Source: an uncultured Elusimicrobia bacterium (GTDB taxonomy: Bacteria > Elusimicrobiota > Elusimicrobia > UBA1565 > UBA9628). Taken from it: a DNA stretch of 64,000 nt. The stretch covers positions 986 through 64,985 of the forward strand of contig CAZIBN010000001.1 in the NCBI GenBank assembly GCA_964537395.1, in the 5' to 3' direction. Below are positions 28,885-37,691 of this stretch, piece by piece; within the stretch, counting starts at the first letter, position 1, and each line of letters begins with the position of its first letter. The notes under the pieces are model-generated. The model saw only the letters and a program-made list of their open reading frames with translations, did not search any database and had not been told where the DNA came from. The translations under genes and the position numbers were made by a program.

Positions 28885-28980
28885 CACCGGTTCGTTCTTT
28901 CTAAGCAACACTCACTCCGAACAGCGCAAACCAAGCCCTCAAATACCCGCCTGTGTTGCTTAGAAAGAACAAACCCGTGG
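28885..28980 (+). other. Long imperfect hairpin (18-bp perfect core, 41-nt loop) downstream of era
   Basis: gttctttctaagcaacac at 28894..28911 pairs with gtgttgcttagaaagaac at 28953..28970. Flanks ccaccggttc / aaacccgtgg extend the stem imperfectly. Confidence 0.5.
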
Positions 28981-29033
28981 AGAATGAGCCCCCGGCGATG
29001 GAACTTTTTTGGCATCTCAATCGTATATAAGGG

Positions 29034-29360
29034 ATGATCCACGAGAACGCGACGACCCGGATGGCGATCCTGCTCAAGCAGCGGAGGTTTGAACTGCGCA
29101 TGTCCCAACGCCACCTGGCCGACTCCGCCGGCGTAAGCCCCTCCGTCGTCAGCCGGGCGGAGCGGGGCGGAGAGGCGCTCCTCTCCACCTGGGAGAAGCT
29201 GTTCAGCGGGCTCGGAGAACGCCTCGAGTTCGATTCGACACGCGACAGCGAAGACGCCGAAGGGTTGCTGATCGAGGAAGGGGAGGCCCGCCGAGAACGC
29301 CGCTACCAAGGCTTATTGGCCCGTTTCGGCCGAAGATATCGTAATATCTCACCCGCATGA
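29034..29360 (+). CDS. XRE-family HTH transcriptional regulator
   Basis: LRMSQRHLADSAGVSPSVVSRAERG. ATGA overlap with top6B. Confidence 0.8.
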   Translation: MIHENATTRMAILLKQRRFELRMSQRHLADSAGVSPSVVSRAERGGEALLSTWEKLFSGLGERLEFDSTRDSEDAEGLLIEEGEARRERRYQGLLARFGRRYRNISPA

Positions 29361-31273
29361 AGAAGACCAAACCTAAAGTGAAGCCCGCCCCTGCCCCCGC
29401 GCCCAAGCCCCGCGCCGAGAAGCCTCGCGCCGCCGGCAAAACCGCGGACGAGATGGGCAAGCAGCAGCGAGAGATCTCGGTCTCCGAGTTCTTCACCAAG
29501 AACCGCCACCTGCTCGGCTTCGATAACCCTCGCAAAGCCCTGCTGACCTGCGTGAAGGAAGCCGTCGACAACGCGCTCGACGCCTCCGAAGAAGCGGGCA
29601 TCCTCCCTGAGATCGTCGTCAAGCTCGAGGCCGTGGGCGACGGAACCGGCCCCGCCCCGGCGGTCTCACAGGCGACGCGCTTCAAGGTCACCATCATCGA
29701 CTACGGCCCGGGCATCGTGCGCGAGGTGATTCCCCGCATCTTCGCCAAACTTTTATACGGCTCCAAGTTCCACCGCCTGCGCATGAGCCGCGGCCAGCAG
29801 GGCATCGGCATCTCCGCCGCCGGCATGTACGGCCAGCTCACCACGGGCAAACCGGTCAAGATCATCTCGCGCACCGGCGAAAAGCAGCCCGCGCACTACT
29901 TCGAGGTCCAGATCGACACCAAGAAGAACGAGCCGATCATCCTCGAGAAGAAGCAGATCGAGTGGGAGGCCCACCGCGGCACCCAGGTCACCATCGAGCT
30001 CGAAGGCAAGTACCAGAAAGGCCGGGCATCGGTCGATGAGTACATCGAGCTCTCCGCCATTTCCAACCCGCACGCGCAGTTCACCTACCACGCCCCCGAC
30101 GGCGAGATCAAGGTCTACCCGCGCACGATCCAGCACAACCCCGAGCCGCCCAAAGAGATCAAGCCTCATCCGTACGGCATCGAGCTCGGAATGCTCCTTA
30201 AGATGCTCCAGGACACCAAGAGCCACTGGCTCGCCGGCTTCCTGTCCGCCGACTTCTCCCGCGTCTCGACCGAGACCGCGACCGAGATGTGCAAGGCCGC
30301 CGGCGTCAGCCCGAAGAAGCGCCCGCGCGATGTCGTCGGCATCGAAGCCGAGAAGCTGTTCAAGACCATCCAGGCCACCAAGCTGATGGCCCCGCCGACG
30401 AACTGCCTCTCGCCCATCGGCGAAAAGGAGATCCTGGCCGGGCTCTTCAAGCAGATCAAGGGCGATTTTTACACCGCCGTGAGCCGTCCGCCGGCGGTGT
30501 ACCGCGGCAACCCGTTCATCATCGAGGCGGGTCTGGCCTGGGGCCGCGGCCCCGAGCAGGCCGCGCTCGACGCCGCCAACGCGGTCAAGGCGCCGCTTGC
30601 CGAAGGCGAAAGCCACGACGGCAATGACAGCGAGCTGGCGCGCGTGATGCGCTTCGCCAACCGCGTCCCCCTCCTTTATCAGCAGTCGGCGTGCTCGACC
30701 TTCAAGGCCGTGCTCGACACGACCTGGAAGAACTACGGCATCCCGCAGTCGCGCGGAGCGCCCCCCGCCGGACCGATGGTGATCTTCGTGCACATGGCCT
30801 CGGTCTGGGTCCCGTTCACGAGCGAGTCGAAGGAAGCCATCGCCGACTACGACGAGATCCGCAAGGAGATCACGCTCGCGCTGAGGGAAGCCGGACGCCG
30901 GCTCGGCGTTTTCATCAAGCGCCGCGACCGCGCCCACGCCGAGAGCAAGCGCCGTGACATCTTCGAGCTGTATATCGAGGAAGTGGTCGGCGCCTGCAAG
31001 CGCCTCAAGGGCGGCAAGCTCTCCGAGCAAAAGCTGAAGGCTCAGCTCACCGAGATCGCCAAAAAGATCACGGGCGGGCAGAAGACCGACCTGCTTCTCG
31101 ACAAGAACGCCGGCCCGCACGGCCTGCCGCACTCGATCATCGTCACGGCAGACGGCATCGAGGGCGAGGTTCCCGTCGAGGGGCCCGTCACCGTGACCGA
31201 GGCCGCACCCGCCCCCGCGCCGGAGAAGCCGAAGCCCGCGAAGAAGAAGCCGCTGAAGAAAAAGAGAAAATAA
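29357..31273 (+). CDS. top6B: DNA topoisomerase VI subunit B
   Basis: GHKL motifs EAVDNALDA, IIDYGPGI, GQQGIGISAA. Leader EISVSEFFTKNRHLLGFDNP. Basic K/P/A tails at both ends. Confidence 0.85.
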   Translation: MKKTKPKVKPAPAPAPKPRAEKPRAAGKTADEMGKQQREISVSEFFTKNRHLLGFDNPRKALLTCVKEAVDNALDASEEAGILPEIVVKLEAVGDGTGPAPAVSQATRFKVTIIDYGPGIVREVIPRIFAKLLYGSKFHRLRMSRGQQGIGISAAGMYGQLTTGKPVKIISRTGEKQPAHYFEVQIDTKKNEPIILEKKQIEWEAHRGTQVTIELEGKYQKGRASVDEYIELSAISNPHAQFTYHAPDGEIKVYPRTIQHNPEPPKEIKPHPYGIELGMLLKMLQDTKSHWLAGFLSADFSRVSTETATEMCKAAGVSPKKRPRDVVGIEAEKLFKTIQATKLMAPPTNCLSPIGEKEILAGLFKQIKGDFYTAVSRPPAVYRGNPFIIEAGLAWGRGPEQAALDAANAVKAPLAEGESHDGNDSELARVMRFANRVPLLYQQSACSTFKAVLDTTWKNYGIPQSRGAPPAGPMVIFVHMASVWVPFTSESKEAIADYDEIRKEITLALREAGRRLGVFIKRRDRAHAESKRRDIFELYIEEVVGACKRLKGGKLSEQKLKAQLTEIAKKITGGQKTDLLLDKNAGPHGLPHSIIVTADGIEGEVPVEGPVTVTEAAPAPAPEKPKPAKKKPLKKKRK

Positions 31274-32367
31274 TGGCCAAGAGAAACCCGGAAGTCGAGA
31301 AGAAGCTCGTCGGCCTGGCCGATCTGGTGATAACCGCGGCTGCGCGCAAGAAGGATCCGTCGATCTCCATCCCGGTCCGCTCGCTGTCGAACGTCAAATT
31401 CAACGCGAAGAAGGGTTACATCGAGATGGGCTCGAACAAGCAGCTTCGGACCTTCTTCAACGTGGGCATGGCCAAGAAATTCATGCAGACGATGCTCGTT
31501 GCCGACGCGCTCAACGAGCTCCAGAAGGCCGACCTGACCACCAGCCTTCGCGAGATTTATTATAGAACGAAACACACGATGGGCGACTCTCATGAGAACA
31601 CCTTCGACGACCAGGCCGAGTCCGACCCGGTCATCGAGGACCTCGAGGTCGGCCTCGCCGCCCTGCGCGAGGAGTTCCATGTACGCGCCGAGAACGCCGG
31701 CACCATCATCGGCCCCGTCGTCTTCGAAGACGACGGCGACAAGGTGGACTGCGCTAAATTAGGCAAGGGCGGCTACTCGGTGCCCTCCATCGTCGAGGAG
31801 GAGTACCTCAAGATCAAGAAGTGCACCGCCGACTTCGTCCTCCTCATCGAGAAGGGAACGCAGTGGAACCGCCTCGCCGAGGACAAGTTCTGGCGGAAGT
31901 ACAACTGCATCCTGCTCACCGGCAACGGCCAGCCGCCGCGCGGCGTACGCCGCCTCGCCCGCCGGCTCCACGAGGAAAAGAAGCTCCCCGTCTATGTGCT
32001 CGTCGACAACGACCCGTGGGGGTACTACATCTACTCCGTCGTCAAGCAGGGCTCGATCAACCTCGCGTTCGAAAGCCAGCGCATGGCCATCCCGTCAGCG
32101 AAGTTCATCGGCCTGTCCTCCGCCGACCCCGAGATCTACGACCTCCCGCGCAACGTCGGCATCAAGCTCAACGACAAGGACATCACGCGCGCCAAGGAGC
32201 TGATGAACTACGCGTGGTTCCAGAAGAAGGAATGGCAGGTCGAGATCAAGCGCATGCTCACCAGCGGCCTCAAGTACGAGCTCGATGCGCTCGCCAACAA
32301 GGACTTCCAGTACCTGACCAAGACCTACCTGCCCAAGAAGCTCAAGGACAGGGACTGGCTCGACTAG
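31273..32367 (+). CDS. top6A: DNA topoisomerase VI subunit A (Spo11 family)
   Basis: SLREIYYRTKH catalytic-Tyr context. Toprim LLIEKG and VLVDNDPWG. TAATG overlap with top6B. Confidence 0.85.
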   Translation: MAKRNPEVEKKLVGLADLVITAAARKKDPSISIPVRSLSNVKFNAKKGYIEMGSNKQLRTFFNVGMAKKFMQTMLVADALNELQKADLTTSLREIYYRTKHTMGDSHENTFDDQAESDPVIEDLEVGLAALREEFHVRAENAGTIIGPVVFEDDGDKVDCAKLGKGGYSVPSIVEEEYLKIKKCTADFVLLIEKGTQWNRLAEDKFWRKYNCILLTGNGQPPRGVRRLARRLHEEKKLPVYVLVDNDPWGYYIYSVVKQGSINLAFESQRMAIPSAKFIGLSSADPEIYDLPRNVGIKLNDKDITRAKELMNYAWFQKKEWQVEIKRMLTSGLKYELDALANKDFQYLTKTYLPKKLKDRDWLD

Positions 32368-32370
32368 GGT

Positions 32371-34365
32371 TTAGGGCGCGACGATCTCGGCGGGCTTGAC
32401 GGCGGCGGCGCCGCTGGTGCGCGTGCGGGACAGGACCGTGTTCTCGTCGGCCGAAGGAAGGTGGTCGACGTAGGTGTATTCGCTCAAGACCGCCTCGTAG
32501 CGGTCCACGAGATCGGCGGCCTCGCGAGGCTTGAGCCCCCCCGCCTTGATCTGGGCGTCGGCGGCCTCCTTGATCATGCGCACGAGCTCGAAGTCGGAGT
32601 ATTGGATGCTCTGAAGAACATCGCGGACGCTTTGTCCGCGGATCGTCTCCTCGATGTAGTAGCCCTTTTCCTCGGCGGGATCCTGGAACACGTGGACCTC
32701 GTTGACGCGGCCGAACAGGTTGTGGATGTCGCCCATCGTGGCCTGGTAGGCTCCCATCAGGAAGAAGCCGAGGTAGTAAGGCTTGCCGTCGAGCGCATGG
32801 ACGGGCAAGGTGCCGCCGGCGCTGCGATGGCAGGCGAAGTTGGTGATCTTGCCGTCGGAGTCGCAGGTGATGTCCACCAGGCTCGCGCGGCGCGTGGGCT
32901 CCTCGTTGAGACGGTGGATGGGCATGATCGGGAACAGCTGTCCGATGGCCCAGGAATCGGGAAGCGACTGGAACAGCGAGAAATTACACAGGTACTGGTC
33001 GTTGAGGGCCTTCTGCATCTCGAGAAGGTCCTCGGAGACGAACTTCGCCTTCGGAAGGAGCTTGCCGATCTCGATGCACAGCTTCCAATACAGATGCTCG
33101 ACCTTGGCCTTGTCCTCGAGGCCGAGGTAGCCGAGCTTGAACAGCGAGAATGATTCCTCGAGATGCTGCTGGCCATCGTGGAAGCTCTCGGCGATGTTCT
33201 TCGGGTTGAGGGACTTGATCGCGTCTCGCAGCTCGCGCACGACCTGATGCTCGTCCGGCGTCTCGCGGAACTCGATGGGCGTCGCGCCCGTCTCGATGGA
33301 GCCGAACACGTTGACGACGAGGAGCGCGTGGTGCGCGACCATCGTGCGGCCGGACTCGGTGACGAGGTTCGGCTCCGGGACCTTCTCCTGCTTGCAGACT
33401 TCCTTGACCGCGTAGACCACGTCTGCGACGTACTCGCGCAGGTTGTAGTTCATCGAGCTGTCGACCGCGGTGTGCGTGCCGTCGTAGTCCACGCCGAGGC
33501 CGCCGCCGCAGTCCAGATATTCAAGGCCGAGGCCCATCTTGCGCAGCTTCGCGTAGTAGCGCGCGCCTTCCTTGACCGCATCCTTGATCACGCGGATGTC
33601 GCAGATCTGGGAGCCGATGTGGAAGTGCACGAGCTTCAGGCAGTCGGACATGCCCTCGGCCTTGAGCGTCTCCACGGCCGCGAGGATCTCGGGCGTCGTG
33701 AGGCCGAACTTGGCGAAGTGCCCCGACGAGGAACGCCATTTTCCCACGCCCGTCGTTTGGAGCTTCACGCGCACGCCGATCAGCGGCCGCACGCCCGCGT
33801 CCTTGGCGGCGTCGAGCAGAAGGCGGAGCTCGGAGAGCTTTTCGACGACGACGATGACCTTCTTGCCGAGCTTGAGGCCGATCATCGCCAGGCGCATCAT
33901 GGACTCGTCTTTGTAGCCGTTGACGATGGTGAGCGACTCGGTGGAGTTCATGGCTAGAACCGCCAGCAGCTCGCCCTTAGAGCCGGCCTCCAGGCCGTAC
34001 TGATACGAGCGGCCCGCGTCGCAGATCTCCTCGACGACCTCGCGGAACTGGTTGACCTTGATCGGGTACACGCCGAAGAAGCGCCCGCCATAGTCGTGCT
34101 CCTTGATCGACTCCGCGAACGCCTCGTTGATCAAGGTCACGCGCCGGCGCAGAACGTCCTGGAAGCGGATGAGCACGGGCATCTTGATGCCGCGGGAGGC
34201 CACGTCATCGACGACGTCGAGGATGTCGATGGCGCCCTCGGGCTCGCGCTTGGGCTGCAAGGTCACGTTGCCCTTGGCATTGATGCCGAAGTACTTCAAA
34301 CCCCAGCCTTCAAGGTTGTAAAGCTGCTCGGCGGCTTCGATGGTCCAGATCTTCGGCGGGGGCAT
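32371..34365 (-). CDS. speA: Biosynthetic arginine decarboxylase
   Basis: FQDVLRRRV, PLP-lysine context YPIKVNQ. TATAAT lies 6 nt before the ATG. Confidence 0.9.
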   Translation of the reverse strand: MPPPKIWTIEAAEQLYNLEGWGLKYFGINAKGNVTLQPKREPEGAIDILDVVDDVASRGIKMPVLIRFQDVLRRRVTLINEAFAESIKEHDYGGRFFGVYPIKVNQFREVVEEICDAGRSYQYGLEAGSKGELLAVLAMNSTESLTIVNGYKDESMMRLAMIGLKLGKKVIVVVEKLSELRLLLDAAKDAGVRPLIGVRVKLQTTGVGKWRSSSGHFAKFGLTTPEILAAVETLKAEGMSDCLKLVHFHIGSQICDIRVIKDAVKEGARYYAKLRKMGLGLEYLDCGGGLGVDYDGTHTAVDSSMNYNLREYVADVVYAVKEVCKQEKVPEPNLVTESGRTMVAHHALLVVNVFGSIETGATPIEFRETPDEHQVVRELRDAIKSLNPKNIAESFHDGQQHLEESFSLFKLGYLGLEDKAKVEHLYWKLCIEIGKLLPKAKFVSEDLLEMQKALNDQYLCNFSLFQSLPDSWAIGQLFPIMPIHRLNEEPTRRASLVDITCDSDGKITNFACHRSAGGTLPVHALDGKPYYLGFFLMGAYQATMGDIHNLFGRVNEVHVFQDPAEEKGYYIEETIRGQSVRDVLQSIQYSDFELVRMIKEAADAQIKAGGLKPREAADLVDRYEAVLSEYTYVDHLPSADENTVLSRTRTSGAAAVKPAEIVAP

Positions 34366-34395
34366 CTTCAGATTATATCAATACCGCGCAGAACT

Positions 34396-34475
34396 TGGTG
34401 CCAGGCCTACCGGTATTTTCACTTTTTGATGTCGCCCCTTCCTGAAAGGTGAAAATACCGGTAGGCCTGGCACCA
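34396..34475 (-). terminator. 27-bp perfect hairpin 3 nt after the stop of the upstream TPR gene
   Basis: tggtgccaggcctaccggtattttcac at 34396..34422 pairs with its exact reverse complement at 34449..34475. 26-nt loop. No U-tract. Confidence 0.5.
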
Positions 34476-34477
34476 CC

Positions 34478-35656
34478 CTAGTAGGGAGAGAAGTGGCCGG
34501 GATATTTCTCGCCGACGCAGGGCCGCTTGAGGCACGGCTTGATCAACGCGCGGTAGCCCCACTCGTCCTTTTCCTGATAAGCGTCGCGGTACGCATCGAG
34601 CGCCTCGCCGCGCCGGCCGAGCGCGTCGAGCAGCTGGCCGGCGCGCACGCGGCTCCAGACCATCCACTTCGTGCGCACGGCGCGCGCCTCGGCGCCGGCG
34701 ACGAACTCGGCGAGAGCCGCGTCCTTCTCGCCCGAGGCCCACAGCAAGGTGCCGAGCAGCGCGTGGCTCCCGGCCAGATTGATCACGGGATACCGGCCCG
34801 TCTTCACGCGCGACTGGTACTCGCGCGCCTCCTTGATGGCCTCGGGAAGCTCCTTGCACTCGTACAGCGCCGAAATATAGGCGGTGTCGAGCATCGGGCT
34901 GCCGGGGTACAGCGCGTGGATCTCGCGCATCAGCCGCAGGCCCTCCTTGGGATCGTACGCGCCGAACGGGTCCTCGAGATAGATCTCAACGAGGATCATC
35001 TGCGCGGTGACCTTCGCATAGCGGCCCTTCTCGGCCGAGAGCCGGATCTGACGCAGGCCCCTCTCGCGGTCGCCGCCGAGGACGATCTTCGCGAGCCAGC
35101 CCGCGAACTTGGGGATGGTCGCGACGTAGTAGTCGAACATGCCCAGGCCCAGGACCGCGTCATAGAGCTCGGGCTCGAGCTTCACGGCGCGGCGCACGAA
35201 CTTCATCGACGCGCGGCCGTGGCCGAAGGCCTGCAGCCACCGGCGCTGCACGATGGCCAGGCGGCCGAACATCCCGTGGGACGCGCCCAGGATGAACAGG
35301 GCGTCCGGGTCGTTCGGATGCGCCTTCAAATACGTTTCCGCCGCCTTGATGCTCTCGAGGGCCTTGGCCTCGAAGGACCTCAGCAGGGCCGGGTCCCCTT
35401 GCTTCTCGCCGTAGATGAAGGTGATGAGGTCGATGGCCGCGCGGCCGAAGTACGCGTGCGGGTAGGCCGGATCGAGGGCGATGGCCTTGCGCATGTCCTC
35501 CTCGGCCGCGGCGAAGCGCATCATATAGATGTCGTCCACGCCGGCCATCAGGAGCTTGTCCATCTCCGGGGTGACAGAGGTCTTGCGGGCAGCGGCGGGA
35601 GCCGCCAGAAACAGCAGAATGAGCAATTGTCGCACGGGCAGGCGATATTCTATCAT
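34478..35656 (-). CDS. Secreted TPR-like repeat protein
   Basis: Signal peptide LLILLFLAAPAAA and helical-repeat composition. Start taken at the ATG (M3 of the ORF-track frame). Confidence 0.65.
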   Translation of the reverse strand: MIEYRLPVRQLLILLFLAAPAAARKTSVTPEMDKLLMAGVDDIYMMRFAAAEEDMRKAIALDPAYPHAYFGRAAIDLITFIYGEKQGDPALLRSFEAKALESIKAAETYLKAHPNDPDALFILGASHGMFGRLAIVQRRWLQAFGHGRASMKFVRRAVKLEPELYDAVLGLGMFDYYVATIPKFAGWLAKIVLGGDRERGLRQIRLSAEKGRYAKVTAQMILVEIYLEDPFGAYDPKEGLRLMREIHALYPGSPMLDTAYISALYECKELPEAIKEAREYQSRVKTGRYPVINLAGSHALLGTLLWASGEKDAALAEFVAGAEARAVRTKWMVWSRVRAGQLLDALGRRGEALDAYRDAYQEKDEWGYRALIKPCLKRPCVGEKYPGHFSPY

Positions 35657-35670
35657 TGGCACAGCTCTTT

Positions 35671-36672
35671 ATGAAGGCCATCCTGGCCCGCGACGGCCAC
35701 GCCGCACTGACCGAAGTCCCGGTCCCCTCGATCGGGGACGGAGAGTTTCTTTTGGCCGTCGAGGTCTGCGGCCTGTGCGGCACCGATGTGATGAAGCTCG
35801 ACACGAAGGCCAAGGGCGCCATCCTGGGCCACGAGCTGTGCGGGATCGTCGAGAAAGCCGGCCCCGGCGCCCCCTTCCTCCCTGGCGAGCGCGTCGTCGT
35901 CTCCCACCACGTCCCCTGCCTGACCTGCCATTACTGCCGCAAAGGCCAGGAAAGCATGTGCCGTCAGTTCAAGTCGACCAACATCGACCCGGGCGGCTTC
36001 GCCGAGTTCGTTCGCGTGCCCGCCCTGCACGCGAAGCACGCCTCGTTCAAGGTGCCAGAGGGCCTGGGCTCGATCTCGGCATCTCAGACCGAGCCGCTGG
36101 CCTGCGTCCTGAGAAACGTGAAAAGAATAGGAGCCGCGAAAGGCGACGTCATCGGGATCATCGGCTTGGGAGCCATCGGCCAGATGACGGGGCAGCTGCT
36201 CAGGATCATCGGCGCGACCGCCGTGGGCCTCGATCTCGACGCGGAGCGAGTGAAGAAGTTCTCGCGCTGGGGAACGTCAACGATGTCCGCCGACGAGTTC
36301 GCCCAGTTCGGCAAGGACCAGAGCGACGGCCGCGGCTTCGACGCGATCATCTTCTCCGCCGGCACGCCCGCCCTCGTCGCCCGCTGCGTCGCCTGGCTGC
36401 GCGACGGCGGCGTGCTCAACGTGTTCGCGTCGTTCCACCCCGATCCATTCATGAAATTAGATCTTAACCAGATCTATCATCGGGAGCTGTCCGTCCTCTC
36501 ATCGTACTCTCCTTCGCTTGCCGATCTGAAGGAGGCGTTCGAGCTCATCGCCTCGAAGAAATTCAATCCGCTTCTGCTGGCGCCCATGTCCTTCCCCTTC
36601 GCCTCGTTCAACGACGCGATCAAGGCCGTGAAATCCCGGCAGACGCTCAAATCGATCCTGGTGCCGAGATGA
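35671..36672 (+). CDS. Zn-dependent medium-chain dehydrogenase/reductase
   Basis: VCGLCGTDV, GHELCG, structural Zn CLTCHYCRKGQESMC, IIGLGAIG. Confidence 0.8.
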   Translation: MKAILARDGHAALTEVPVPSIGDGEFLLAVEVCGLCGTDVMKLDTKAKGAILGHELCGIVEKAGPGAPFLPGERVVVSHHVPCLTCHYCRKGQESMCRQFKSTNIDPGGFAEFVRVPALHAKHASFKVPEGLGSISASQTEPLACVLRNVKRIGAAKGDVIGIIGLGAIGQMTGQLLRIIGATAVGLDLDAERVKKFSRWGTSTMSADEFAQFGKDQSDGRGFDAIIFSAGTPALVARCVAWLRDGGVLNVFASFHPDPFMKLDLNQIYHRELSVLSSYSPSLADLKEAFELIASKKFNPLLLAPMSFPFASFNDAIKAVKSRQTLKSILVPR

Positions 36673-37691
36673 GAGCGGTCATCTATCACGGACCCCGCGA
36701 CATCAGGCTGGAAGACGTGCTGATGCCCACGCCCGGCCCCGGCGAGGTCGTCGTCAAGCTCGGCGCCGCGCTCACCTGCGGCACCGACTTCAAGGCCTAT
36801 CGCCAGGGCCATCGCGTCCTGCTCGGAGACTATCCCTCTCCCTTCGGCCACGAGCTGGCCGGAACGGTGTCGGCGCTGGGCAAGGGAGTGAAGTCCGCCA
36901 AGGAGGGCGATCGCGTCGTCGTCGCCAACTCCGCGCCCATGGATGACTGCTTCTGGTGCAGCAACGGCCAGAACCACCTGTGCCGCAAGCTCAAGCTCCA
37001 CAACGGCGCCTACGCGGAATACGACCTCGTACCCGCGCACATCGTGGATCAGAACCTGCACCCGCTGAAGGCCTCGGTCCCTTTCGAGATCGGCGCCCTG
37101 GCCGAGCCCTTCTCCTGCGCGATCCACGCCGCCGAGGTCCACGCGGTGCGCGAGGGCGAGACCGCGCTCATCATCGGCGCGGGCCCCATGTGCCTGTTCC
37201 TCGTCCACGCCCTGCGCGCGCGCGGCGCGCTCGTCGGCGTGGTCGGGCGCTCGAAGGAAGGCCTGGCGGCGGCCCGGATCGCCGGGGCCGAAGCGACCTT
37301 CAGCATCCTCGACGGCTCGGTCGAAGGCCACGTCCTGGCCTGGGCGGACGGACGCGGCCCCGATCACGTCTTCGAAGCCGTGGGCACGCCGGACACCTAT
37401 CTCCAGGCGGTCGCCCTGGTGCGCGACGGCGGGAAGGTCTGCCTGTTCGGCGGCTGCGCGCACGGAGCGACGGTCCCGCTCGACGTGCACCGCCTCCACT
37501 ACAAGCAGATCACGCTCCACGGCGTGTTCCATCACACGCCGAAGCATTTCAAGGAGGCCGTCCGCCTACTCTGCGACGGGAAGGTCAAGACGGAGCTGCT
37601 TATTTCCGGAGCCGTCAAGCTGGCCGACATCCCCGCCTTTTTCGCCGCGAACGCGGATAAGTCCATCCCCAAGTCGGTGGTGACCGCTTGA
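36669..37691 (+). CDS. Zn-dependent medium-chain dehydrogenase/reductase
   Basis: LTCGTDF, GHELAG, CFWCSNGQNHLC, IIGAGPM. ATGA overlap with the upstream paralog. Confidence 0.8.
   Translation: MRAVIYHGPRDIRLEDVLMPTPGPGEVVVKLGAALTCGTDFKAYRQGHRVLLGDYPSPFGHELAGTVSALGKGVKSAKEGDRVVVANSAPMDDCFWCSNGQNHLCRKLKLHNGAYAEYDLVPAHIVDQNLHPLKASVPFEIGALAEPFSCAIHAAEVHAVREGETALIIGAGPMCLFLVHALRARGALVGVVGRSKEGLAAARIAGAEATFSILDGSVEGHVLAWADGRGPDHVFEAVGTPDTYLQAVALVRDGGKVCLFGGCAHGATVPLDVHRLHYKQITLHGVFHHTPKHFKEAVRLLCDGKVKTELLISGAVKLADIPAFFAANADKSIPKSVVTA

Noticed and set aside
29753-31132. 459-aa minus-strand ORF
   Set aside because: It is antisense to top6B, which carries unambiguous GHKL motifs.
34419-34859. 146-aa minus-strand ORF spanning the 27-bp hairpin
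   Set aside because: It overlaps the TPR gene in a different frame and runs through the inverted repeat. It has Arg/Gly-rich artefact composition.
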